Notes under the pieces: model-generated
The model's database searches: none
What the model was told of the DNA's origin: nothing
Seen by the model: only the letters and a program-made list of their open reading frames with translations
Position numbers and translations under genes: made by a program
From: a virus
IMG/VR virus record: IMGVR_UViG_3300020182_000012
Length of the DNA: 64,000 bases
Reading direction: 5' to 3' (one strand)
Part shown: piece after piece, positions 51,211 to 59,493 of the stretch
Numbering within the stretch: position 1 is the first letter of the stretch
Layout of the letters: every line of letters starts with the position of its first letter

Positions 51211-51742
51211 GATAACTAATTGCATAACTATCATGCACAGGCAACCAAACAGAGCAATGCTCAAACTTCTTTTTAAATTTCCCTTTTAAAATTCTCAGCT
51301 ATTATAGGAACATTGTTTGGTCGAGGCACCTCGACCCACTATGAGAACATGTAGTAATTGCATGAACAGATATAGTGAGTTCCAAGGACAAGCTAACTTA
51401 AGGCTAAAATGATACAGGCTCTGTGAAACAGATACAACCTGTGCTCTTGATATATTTGCTTGAATGAGTATATCACAGGGCTCCGTTGCGAGACAAGGCT
51501 AGAGTAGGGTGTAAAGCGTAACCGCATCCGTTGTAACTATTGCAAATCTCTTTATTCAAGTGACTGACACGACTCAGATGATGATGTATGTTCGGTTATG
51601 CTTGCCCTGTGCAAGGGCAAGTATGACCAAAAAATCTAGATGATAATGAAACACTCGATTCTCTCGTGCTTAATAATATTAATCACTTGTATAAAAAAAA
51701 CTATTAAGAGCGACAGCGAATTAATAGATGTCTTTAGACATC
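51211..51742 (+). ncRNA. Candidate large structured non-coding RNA (unclassified)
   Basis: ORF-free; many hairpins with G-U pairs on the + strand; loop-to-distal pairing 51458-51465/51554-51561; two TAACTA late-like boxes at the 5' end. Confidence 0.6.
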
Positions 51743-52564
51743 TTATAATGTTAAAGAAAACTTTGATATTGTTTGTTTATGCCACTTAAATACTTTAGCA
51801 TATTCTAAATGGTATGTTCTGGAAAAATGCTCAACATCTTGTAAGTTAATTGGAAAATCTTTGAGTACAGGTATATCTGCACCAGCACTTGCAATGAGTG
51901 CTTGCATTTTCCAACTGTTACCTTCAACAGCAACAAATGGTGTTTCTGCACAGATACATGCCATAACCTCATGAAAGCGTCCAGTAACACATAGATTGCT
52001 GTTGCGCAACTGATTAACTACATCATGCCATGATTGTTTGAATATGTTTATTCGTTGCGTGTGTTTGGTGTGGTTGTGTATACTGTCAAATGCATATTGC
52101 CCTAGTGTGATGTTGTGTTGTGTTTCAACTGTTGATACATGTGGGCAATTGATATAACTAATGTCTGGGTATAAATCTGGAGTTCTTCCAAAATCGTGTT
52201 GAGCATGTTTTTGGCTATACACATCTCTTACGCTCCATTGCTGCAAATTATCGGTTACACTTTTCCAACTAGTGTCCATGTTCTGCCAAATTGAATTCAG
52301 CAGCACTGTGGGTTTATTTTGTTGTTGGGCTAAGTTTACAAAGTTTAGTAAGCTAACTGCACCTTGACGATTGTTATGCATAGTACCTTCGCCGTTAACA
52401 ACAACAGCATCAATATTATCCCAGTCGTTGTATTGTATATAAGGTACAGTCACTGGAATGCTAACCACAGCGGTATGTGGTTGCATTTGTAATTTAAGGT
52501 TTTTAATTACCTGTTTGCATCCGCTGTGATATTTAGAAGTATCATTTAACAGCAGGATGCGCAT
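51743..52564 (-). CDS. Polysaccharide pyruvyl transferase family protein
   Basis: HSGC, VVVNGEGTMH, SVRD..S, PD, TGRFH, NSWK. Confidence 0.75.
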   Translation of the reverse strand: MRILLLNDTSKYHSGCKQVIKNLKLQMQPHTAVVSIPVTVPYIQYNDWDNIDAVVVNGEGTMHNNRQGAVSLLNFVNLAQQQNKPTVLLNSIWQNMDTSWKSVTDNLQQWSVRDVYSQKHAQHDFGRTPDLYPDISYINCPHVSTVETQHNITLGQYAFDSIHNHTKHTQRINIFKQSWHDVVNQLRNSNLCVTGRFHEVMACICAETPFVAVEGNSWKMQALIASAGADIPVLKDFPINLQDVEHFSRTYHLEYAKVFKWHKQTISKFSLTL

Positions 52565-52887
52565 TAGTACTGGTCTGGAAAGTCTCTATACAGAAAATGT
52601 TGTATAGTTTCCACATCAACCAGTTGATTGAATGCATGGTGCTTAACTTCGATGTCATTTGTGTCTGTAACTACATGCTTCATTGCATCGTCGAGATCTT
52701 GCATGTTTTTAAATTCCATGTCAATTCGAAACTCTGGCAAGTCCATACTACGAAATCCAAGTTTCATTCTAGTGATGCGATAGCTGTGCAATGTAGGTAG
52801 TTCATCTAAGAACGCACTCATTTTAGTTACAAATTCGTGTGCATTAACGCCTTCATTGACGTCAGAGTAGATAGTGTAAATGTCCAT
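52564..52887 (-). CDS. Hypothetical protein (DUF6614-like)
   Basis: RITRMKLGF..LPEF.IDMEF..LDDA..H..N..LYRDFPD pattern, recalled from the family; AAGGA RBS. Confidence 0.55.
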   Translation of the reverse strand: MDIYTIYSDVNEGVNAHEFVTKMSAFLDELPTLHSYRITRMKLGFRSMDLPEFRIDMEFKNMQDLDDAMKHVVTDTNDIEVKHHAFNQLVDVETIQHFLYRDFPDQY

Positions 52888-52918
52888 TGGGTTTCCTTAT
52901 TTCTATATATAGTTAGTA

Positions 52919-53605
52919 ATGAAAATAGTCTTCAATAATGTTTTTGGCACTTTGAGCCAAGCTGATATAATCTACAATATACCAAGCCTAGTTGATGTTG
53001 ACGCCAGTGAACACGACGAAGCGTTGTCACAAGGATGGCTAGTAACTGTTGACAACGGTGAAAAAGTTTGGTATCAAAGCCGCAGTACCAGAGTAAATGT
53101 TGCCAACACTGATTATAGTCTAATAGACAATTACCAAATCACTGACAGTGCTACAAGTGAAATGGATCATGTGTACAATGCCTACTGTTTGAAAAAAGGC
53201 TTTAAGAAAATGTACGCACTAGATGATCAACTCAGTTGGGATATCTATGTTCAGTATCATCATGATGACGAGCTAGTAGCATGGAGCAAGCTACGTAGAT
53301 ACAGCCCCAGCAGCATCGAAACAGCATTATTTGCATGGGACTATAGTGAACCGCATTTGCGGTTGGGCGAACGCACAATGCAGCACGAAATTGCTTGGGC
53401 TAAACAATCTGGATATTCATATGTGTACATGGGAAGTGGGTATGAAAAAATATGCACTTACAAAAGCCGAGTTGATGGATTTGAGTGGTGGACCGGGCAG
53501 CATTGGAGCACTGATGTTGATCACTATGTGTGGTTGTGCAAAAGAGACACCAAGCTGTTAAATTCTAAAGTCGTGGATCTTCACGATTTGAAAATAGACC
53601 AGTAA
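52919..53605 (+). CDS. ATE1/Bpt-like aminoacyl-tRNA-protein transferase (GNAT fold)
   Basis: ALSQGW; LVAWS; WDY..P.LRLG....HEI.WAK..G..YVYMG.GY....YK resembles the ATE C-terminal domain. Confidence 0.6.
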   Translation: MKIVFNNVFGTLSQADIIYNIPSLVDVDASEHDEALSQGWLVTVDNGEKVWYQSRSTRVNVANTDYSLIDNYQITDSATSEMDHVYNAYCLKKGFKKMYALDDQLSWDIYVQYHHDDELVAWSKLRRYSPSSIETALFAWDYSEPHLRLGERTMQHEIAWAKQSGYSYVYMGSGYEKICTYKSRVDGFEWWTGQHWSTDVDHYVWLCKRDTKLLNSKVVDLHDLKIDQ

Positions 53606-54068
53606 GATACTCTTCGTCCCAGCCGTTGTAGAAACCTTTTTTACCTAATATCTTTGCATGACTGTGTAACTTGCTGCGACTTTGTACTAGTGCTAGTGCA
53701 TACTTTCCGTGATTGAATTTCACACCATTAACTACTTCAGGGACACTTGGGTGGTCTGACAATGCTAACATGTCAATGGGTACTAGTGTTTCTTCGTTGA
53801 TATTATCAATTGTGTCTTCAAAGTCTTCAGGATCATAATCATCAGGGTTGTACACATAGATGTACACATCTTGGTCGCCCATACCTTCTTTGGCAACATC
53901 TATCATGTCTTGTGCTAGAGAAGTACCTATGCGCACACTGTATTTGTTGGCTAGTCGTGCTTTTCTAGCATACGGGCATGGTGACCAATTGCCTAATGCA
54001 GGATGCGGAACTTCAAGAAAGTTGATCAACCATTCTTCGATGCTGGCTTTTACTTCATCGATTACCAA
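53565..54068 (-). CDS. Hypothetical protein (DUF1415-like)
   Basis: W...F.E.P..L...PCPYA, DHP; TTG start overlapping the upstream stop. Confidence 0.6.
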   Translation of the reverse strand: MVIDEVKASIEEWLINFLEVPHPALGNWSPCPYARKARLANKYSVRIGTSLAQDMIDVAKEGMGDQDVYIYVYNPDDYDPEDFEDTIDNINEETLVPIDMLALSDHPSVPEVVNGVKFNHGKYALALVQSRSKLHSHAKILGKKGFYNGWDEEYLTGLFSNREDPRL

Positions 54069-54298
54069 AAGTCTCTTCCTGTTTTCTTTGCTGTTTCTAG
54101 GTTGCCCTTGATGATGCTTCCTAAGATGTCTCGTTCTGGACCACTCATCTGTGTGATTTCAGAATAGCTAATACCGCCACGCATGTACCAGCATATCTTC
54201 ATCATATCCTCTTTTAGGCCCTTAACTTCTTTTTCCATCTTCTCGACGATTGCTTCAATCTCGTCCGGAGCTGATGTTAAGAGCCTGATTCGAAAAAA
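54062..54298 (-). CDS. gp51-like small ORF, probably expressed as a -1 frameshift extension of the gp26-like gene (internal ATG at 54238)
   Basis: Manual translation FFRIRLLTSAPDEIEAIVEKMEKEVKGLKEDMMKICWYMRGGISYSEITQMSGPERDILGSIIKGNLETAKKTGRDFW*; not in the ORF track. Confidence 0.7.
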   Translation of the reverse strand, partial: FFRIRLLTSAPDEIEAIVEKMEKEVKGLKEDMMKICWYMRGGISYSEITQMSGPERDILGSIIKGNLETAKKTGRDFW

Positions 54299-55137
54299 TT
54301 TGCAACATTCATGGTAAACGGCGTTTCATATTGGTGCTTGCAATCAGCACAAGTAATACTGAGAGGTTCAATCTCGCCTAGTTTTTTAATTTCTTCAATT
54401 TTTTTGCGTACTTTTGAAAAAACTTTTGATTCACAGTTTTTAATGTATTCTGTGATGTGTTCCTTGTCTACTACAATATCATCGCCTGCTTGTATCATGC
54501 TAATACTGTCACTGATTGCATTTACAGTAAGCTCGCTGAGACTTTGGAATGCTTCAGTTAGCAATCTAAGCTTTTCGGCTTCGTCAATTTCAGCATCAGG
54601 TAATGCTTCCAACATTTTTTGATCTTGGAACTGCAACATGTTGTTACGGTTTTGCTCTGTGTACGTCAACGGTTTGAAATGTATTTCAATGTCTCCGTTG
54701 ACAACTGGTTTTGAAAAATCTGGAGTTTTGATTCGATCCATGATGCTTCTCAAATCAATACCAAACTCATTGGTTTCGCTGCACTCTGGGCACTTGCTGG
54801 TAAATTCCATTTCGTGTCCGTAACTTGCAATCCTTATAGCAATCAACAACGTGTCTAAATCAAGTGTGCTGACCTTCCAAGGATCTACAAAAGCAGGGAT
54901 GCAACTTTTTATTACATTGGCAATAGCAGCGCCATTGAACAATGCATCAGCAGTTCTGTATGCAATTTCGTCCAGTGCTGTCATTGGATAAATTGGAATT
55001 TCTTTATTCTCTGGCATTACTAGAATATTTTCGTCGTAGTACATTCCATTGCTTGGTAACGTGACATAAATTGCAGGTTGCCTGAAGTGTTTTGCAAGTG
55101 GGTTCGGGTTGTTGTGATCCATGTTTTTTCCTACCAT
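54277..55137 (-). CDS. gp26: Baseplate hub assembly protein, gp26-like
   Basis: YVTLPS, PMTALDE, DLDTLLIAIRIASYG, CPEC and CADC; start may be 55122. Confidence 0.8.
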   Translation of the reverse strand: MVGKNMDHNNPNPLAKHFRQPAIYVTLPSNGMYYDENILVMPENKEIPIYPMTALDEIAYRTADALFNGAAIANVIKSCIPAFVDPWKVSTLDLDTLLIAIRIASYGHEMEFTSKCPECSETNEFGIDLRSIMDRIKTPDFSKPVVNGDIEIHFKPLTYTEQNRNNMLQFQDQKMLEALPDAEIDEAEKLRLLTEAFQSLSELTVNAISDSISMIQAGDDIVVDKEHITEYIKNCESKVFSKVRKKIEEIKKLGEIEPLSITCADCKHQYETPFTMNVANFFESGS

Positions 55138-55160
55138 AAATATATGATACTGTACTTATA
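55135..55160. promoter_or_regulatory. Divergent late promoter-like boxes CATAAATA (+, 55135-55142) and TATAAGTA (-, 55153-55160)
   Basis: Located between the divergent gp26-like and tape-measure-like genes. Confidence 0.6.
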
Positions 55161-55185
55161 CAGCGTAAAAACGGGTAAGAATTTA

Positions 55186-57378
55186 ATGGCAGAGTTTGAT
55201 GATCAAGACCTACAGAGATTGAATGATGAAATCTCTCGTTTGCAACAATCTATGTTGCAACTGGCTAACAGCCAGCAAGTAGGTAGTACTCAATGGAATA
55301 AAATCAACACTCAGTTAAACGTTGTTCAAAACAAGTACAAAGCAATAATATCTTCCCAAGAGTCGTTTGCTAATTCAGTTGGTAAAGGAACTGCCGCAGT
55401 AGGCAAAATGGCAGTCGGCGCTGTTAAAGCCGGATCGTCTTTTGCAGAAGCAGCCAGTGCAGTTAGGCAAAGCAGGGAAGACTTTACCAGCTTAAACCCG
55501 TCAATAAACCTGGCAGGCTCGGCACTAAAGACAACGGGAAAAATAGCAGGAGTAGCCGGTGAAGCACTAGGCGGGCTTGCTGACGGTATTCCTGTTGTTG
55601 GCGGCGTTATTGGCGGCGCAATCAATGCAGTAGGCAAGTTTGCTGCTGCAATCACCGAAGCAGTTTCTGACATCCTTACCACAGTAGGTCCGCAACTAAC
55701 AGCCGAAGTACAACGTGCAAGTGAAGCATTTCGCACAATTGGGCAAGTTGGTGGATTAACTGCTGGCGGGTTAACCGAGATAATGAATCAGAGCATCGAT
55801 GCTGGACTTAGTTTTACACAGTTTAGTACGGTAGCGTCCAAAAGTGCCGAAGGCCTTGCATTTGCGTTTGGCGATGCAAGCGAAGGTATTGAAAGATTTT
55901 CTCGAGTTTCTGCAGACATGGAACCATTCAGACAAGGCTTGATAGCTTTGGGTGTGGGCGCTGAAAAGCAAAATGAACTAACATCAAAATACTTGTTGTT
56001 GCAAGCAAGAACTGGTAGAGTGGAAGCAATGTCAGCTAGGGAACTTGCACAAGGCAGCGAAGAATACATCCGTAAACTGTCTACACTGTCAAGAATAACC
56101 GGTAGAAGCATTGACGATCAACAAGCTATAATGGATGCACAAACACGCAACATACGTCTAATGGGTGCCGCAGCTGACATTCAAGAAAGATTGGGCGGTG
56201 AAGAAGGAAAACGAGCTGCACTAGCTATGCAAACCACATCAGCAGCTATTGAAACTGTTGCAAGTAAAGAAATTGCCGATGGTTTGCGTGATGCAATGGC
56301 AGGAAACTTAGGAACCGAAGCTGCTCAAGGATTTGTTCTTGCAGCCGGACAAGAAGGTGTTGCTGCGGTTGCTGCACTACGTGCAGGTACTATGAGCGAT
56401 CTCGATGCAACAGCATTAATCATGCAAGGCATTAACAATAGATTTGATTCTCTAGGAGGATCAGCGGGAATTGCTAGATTGGTTGGACTTGGTACACCAA
56501 TGGATGCAGTTTTTGAAGGCATGTTTAATGTAGCCCAACGTGCTAATTTAACAGCAGACGACTTAGAAAAATTAAAAACATCGCAAGATGGGTTCACAAC
56601 AGCAACTGATACTACTACTGCTGATCTAATTGCTGCACAAGTCGCTTTACAACGGGCAGCAATTGAAGCTGACAAAATGGCTAAACTGCTTATGGGCCCA
56701 GCTGCATCGGCGATTGAACAATTTGCAGTAATTGTGCAAACAACAAACAAAGAAATGTTTTTAATGCTCGAAGCATTTAGCACTGGTGGACTAGCCGGAT
56801 TACAGTCAGCAGTTTCTGAAAAAATAATGCCAGAAATGGACATTGGTTCCGGGATTGTAGATTTTACAAATATGTCCCCTGATGAAAAAGCCGCTGCACA
56901 ACAGCAAATTCAAGAACGACTTGATAAGTCAAGGAAACAAAACGAAGAAACCTGGGAAAACATCAAAAAGATGTTTGGATTTGGAAGATTTATTGATAAT
57001 GCATCTGGAAATAACGGAACAACAACTGGGGGTGCAGGTACTTTGCCATCAGGTGCAACACCAGATTATGGAAGCAATGGTGATTTATTAAAACTACTTG
57101 AGGAAAGTAGAAGAAAATATGCTCCGCCAGGAACACCAGATGCTACATCTTCAACAGCAGGCCCTACTGGCACGTTAAGAACCAGTGGAAGTCTATCAGA
57201 TGTATTAAATGAAAATCTCACAGTAGCAAACAGTCAGTTGGCAAATTCTAAAGCAGACACTTTAGCAAGAAAAGAAGTGTCAGATCTAACCATTGAAAAG
57301 TTAACTGAAATTGTAACTGCAATGGATCGTGCTAATCGTACCAGTGAGCAGATACTACAGCGGGCCAGGCAAGGGTGA
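55186..57378 (+). CDS. Tape-measure-like protein
   Basis: Ala/Gly-rich helical ~730 aa, adjacent to the gp26-like gene; start reassigned to MAEFDD. Confidence 0.65.
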   Translation: MAEFDDQDLQRLNDEISRLQQSMLQLANSQQVGSTQWNKINTQLNVVQNKYKAIISSQESFANSVGKGTAAVGKMAVGAVKAGSSFAEAASAVRQSREDFTSLNPSINLAGSALKTTGKIAGVAGEALGGLADGIPVVGGVIGGAINAVGKFAAAITEAVSDILTTVGPQLTAEVQRASEAFRTIGQVGGLTAGGLTEIMNQSIDAGLSFTQFSTVASKSAEGLAFAFGDASEGIERFSRVSADMEPFRQGLIALGVGAEKQNELTSKYLLLQARTGRVEAMSARELAQGSEEYIRKLSTLSRITGRSIDDQQAIMDAQTRNIRLMGAAADIQERLGGEEGKRAALAMQTTSAAIETVASKEIADGLRDAMAGNLGTEAAQGFVLAAGQEGVAAVAALRAGTMSDLDATALIMQGINNRFDSLGGSAGIARLVGLGTPMDAVFEGMFNVAQRANLTADDLEKLKTSQDGFTTATDTTTADLIAAQVALQRAAIEADKMAKLLMGPAASAIEQFAVIVQTTNKEMFLMLEAFSTGGLAGLQSAVSEKIMPEMDIGSGIVDFTNMSPDEKAAAQQQIQERLDKSRKQNEETWENIKKMFGFGRFIDNASGNNGTTTGGAGTLPSGATPDYGSNGDLLKLLEESRRKYAPPGTPDATSSTAGPTGTLRTSGSLSDVLNENLTVANSQLANSKADTLARKEVSDLTIEKLTEIVTAMDRANRTSEQILQRARQG

Positions 57379-57384
57379 TAAATA
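57377..57384 (+). promoter_or_regulatory. Late promoter-like box GATAAATA upstream of portal
   Basis: TAAATA core overlapping the upstream stop. Confidence 0.65.
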
Positions 57385-57419
57385 CTTGTGTCACAATGTG
57401 CATATTGGAAAAATAATAC

Positions 57420-59141
57420 ATGGCCGGATGGAAAAAATACTTTAAAGTGGTGGGCAACGAAGGTGGGCAACTTTCGCCTATTAGCGGACGGTCTACTCAA
57501 GGATCAAATGGTCAAGGCGGCCAATTTGGTTTTAAGAATTACCAAAGTCACTTGCCTGAAGTGTATTCAGGTCACCCTAACAGAATTGAACGCTACAATC
57601 AGTATGAAAATATGGATTGCGACAGTGAAATCAATGCATGTTTAGATATCATTGCTGAGTTTGCAACACAAACCAATGAAAGCAACAACACACCGTTTGA
57701 AGTTGAATACACTGATACTCCTACAAACAACGAAATTGAGATTATTAGAAAACAACTACAACAGTGGACTAAACTCAACAAGTTTGATCAACGTATATTC
57801 CGTCTTTTCCGTAACACGTTGAAGTACGGCGATCAAGTTTTTGTTAGAGATCCAGAAACCTTTGAACTATACTGGGTTGACATGACCAAAGTAGTAAGAG
57901 TTATTGTCAATGAAAACGAAGGCAAGAAACCTGAACAATACGTTATTCGTGATATCAATCCCAACTTTCAAAATTTAAGCATTGCTCCTAAAAGCACCAC
58001 AGACTATGGATCAAATCCTAATGCAGGGTCAATTGGCGGCAGCGGCGGATCAAATTCAAACTACACTATCCCAAATGCACCTCTTGCAGGTGGACAAAGT
58101 AGATTTGAACACACTATAAACGAAACAGTAATTGATGCTAAAAATATAGTACACCTTGGACTTAGTGAAGGCTTGGATTTTTATTGGCCGTTTAGTCAAA
58201 GTATACTTGAAATGATTTTCAAAGTATTCAAGCAAAAAGAGTTACTTGAAGACTCGATTCTAATTTATCGTGTGCAACGTGCGCCAGAACGTAGAGTATT
58301 TTATATTGATGTAGGCAACATGCCAAGTCACCTTGCTATGCAGTTTGTTGAACGTGTTAAAAATGAAGTGCACCAAAGACGTATTCCCAATCAACAAGGC
58401 GGGCAAGCTGGTACTACAATGGATACTACATACAATCCATTGTCAATCAACGAAGATTACTTCTTTCCACAAACAGCAGAAGGTAGAGGATCAAAAGTTG
58501 AAACACTACCAGGAGGCGAAAACCTTGGACAAATCGACGATTTAAAATACTTTAACAACAAGATGTGCAGAGGACTTCGTGTTCCTAGCAGCTACCTTCC
58601 GACTGGCCCAGACGACAGTGATCGACCAATGAACGACGGTCGTGTTGGTACTGCACTTATACAAGAATATAGATTTAATCAGTATTGCGAAAGACTGCAA
58701 AAGCAAATTTGTCAAAAACTTGATGATGAATTTAAAATGTTTTTGCGCTGGAGAGGCTTTAACATTGACAGCGGGTTGTTTAGCATCAAGTTTGCACCGC
58801 CACAGAATTTTGCTAGTTATCGTCAAGCCGAACTTGATACAACTCGTATGCAAGCGTTTAGCACATTAGAGCAAATTCCCTACATGAGCAAGCGTTTTCT
58901 TATGAAACGTTACCTGGGTCTCACTGACGACGAGTTGCAAGAAAACTCGAAATTGTGGAGTGAAGAAACTGGGCAACCAAGTGAACTTGAACCAATGGGC
59001 AAAGATTTACGCACAGTTGGTGTTAGTCCTGCTGATTTTGATGCAGATATCGAAACCGGCGGTGACATTGAAGCAGGCGGTGAGGAAATTGATGTGGACA
59101 TTGATGCTGGTGCAGTTGCAGCAGAAACGCCTCCGGCATAA
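57420..59141 (+). CDS. gp20: Portal protein gp20
   Basis: LLEDSILIYRVQRAPERRVFYIDVGNMP; EDYFFP..EGRGSKVETLPGGENLG.IDD..YF..K....LRVP.S. Confidence 0.95.
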   Translation: MAGWKKYFKVVGNEGGQLSPISGRSTQGSNGQGGQFGFKNYQSHLPEVYSGHPNRIERYNQYENMDCDSEINACLDIIAEFATQTNESNNTPFEVEYTDTPTNNEIEIIRKQLQQWTKLNKFDQRIFRLFRNTLKYGDQVFVRDPETFELYWVDMTKVVRVIVNENEGKKPEQYVIRDINPNFQNLSIAPKSTTDYGSNPNAGSIGGSGGSNSNYTIPNAPLAGGQSRFEHTINETVIDAKNIVHLGLSEGLDFYWPFSQSILEMIFKVFKQKELLEDSILIYRVQRAPERRVFYIDVGNMPSHLAMQFVERVKNEVHQRRIPNQQGGQAGTTMDTTYNPLSINEDYFFPQTAEGRGSKVETLPGGENLGQIDDLKYFNNKMCRGLRVPSSYLPTGPDDSDRPMNDGRVGTALIQEYRFNQYCERLQKQICQKLDDEFKMFLRWRGFNIDSGLFSIKFAPPQNFASYRQAELDTTRMQAFSTLEQIPYMSKRFLMKRYLGLTDDELQENSKLWSEETGQPSELEPMGKDLRTVGVSPADFDADIETGGDIEAGGEEIDVDIDAGAVAAETPPA

Positions 59142-59149
59142 ATATTATT

Positions 59150-59365
59150 ATGAAACTATTTGAATTTTTTGAAGCAGCGCCAGAAGGGTACCAAGATGTA
59201 GAGGATGACAATTCTACACCGCAACTCGGCGAACTGCGCAAAACTAAACTAACTCTTAAACAAATTTCAAAACTTCGAAAAATGTATGACATGCGAAATT
59301 ATGAAAAAAAAGAAGAGCTGAAAAAGGTGCAAGCACAATATGCACCAGCGCCGCCACAAATGTGA
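59150..59365 (+). CDS. Small head-associated hypothetical protein
   Basis: 71 aa; RKTKLTLKQISKLR; CATAAATA box 5 nt upstream of the ATG. Confidence 0.7.
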   Translation: MKLFEFFEAAPEGYQDVEDDNSTPQLGELRKTKLTLKQISKLRKMYDMRNYEKKEELKKVQAQYAPAPPQM

Positions 59366-59493
59366 TACTTTATTAGAATTTTTCTTTTAGTCTAATAAAT
59401 TTATCGTTTTCTACCCATTTTACTCCTATAACTGCATAGTTTTTAGTATCTATGTTAAATATTATACTGAGCCCATACTTTGGAGGAACCAAT

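Noticed and set aside
51366-51383. CAGATATAGTG resembling the group I intron S element (AAGAUAUAGUC)
   Set aside because: No matching R element, P7 partner or interrupted host gene found; the bases already pair in the CACTAT/ATAGTG stem
55078-55185. Longer N-termini given by the ORF track (also 16515-16622, 46448-46489, 59452-59493)
   Set aside because: They overlap neighbouring genes or promoter boxes; downstream ATGs have better RBS or promoter context
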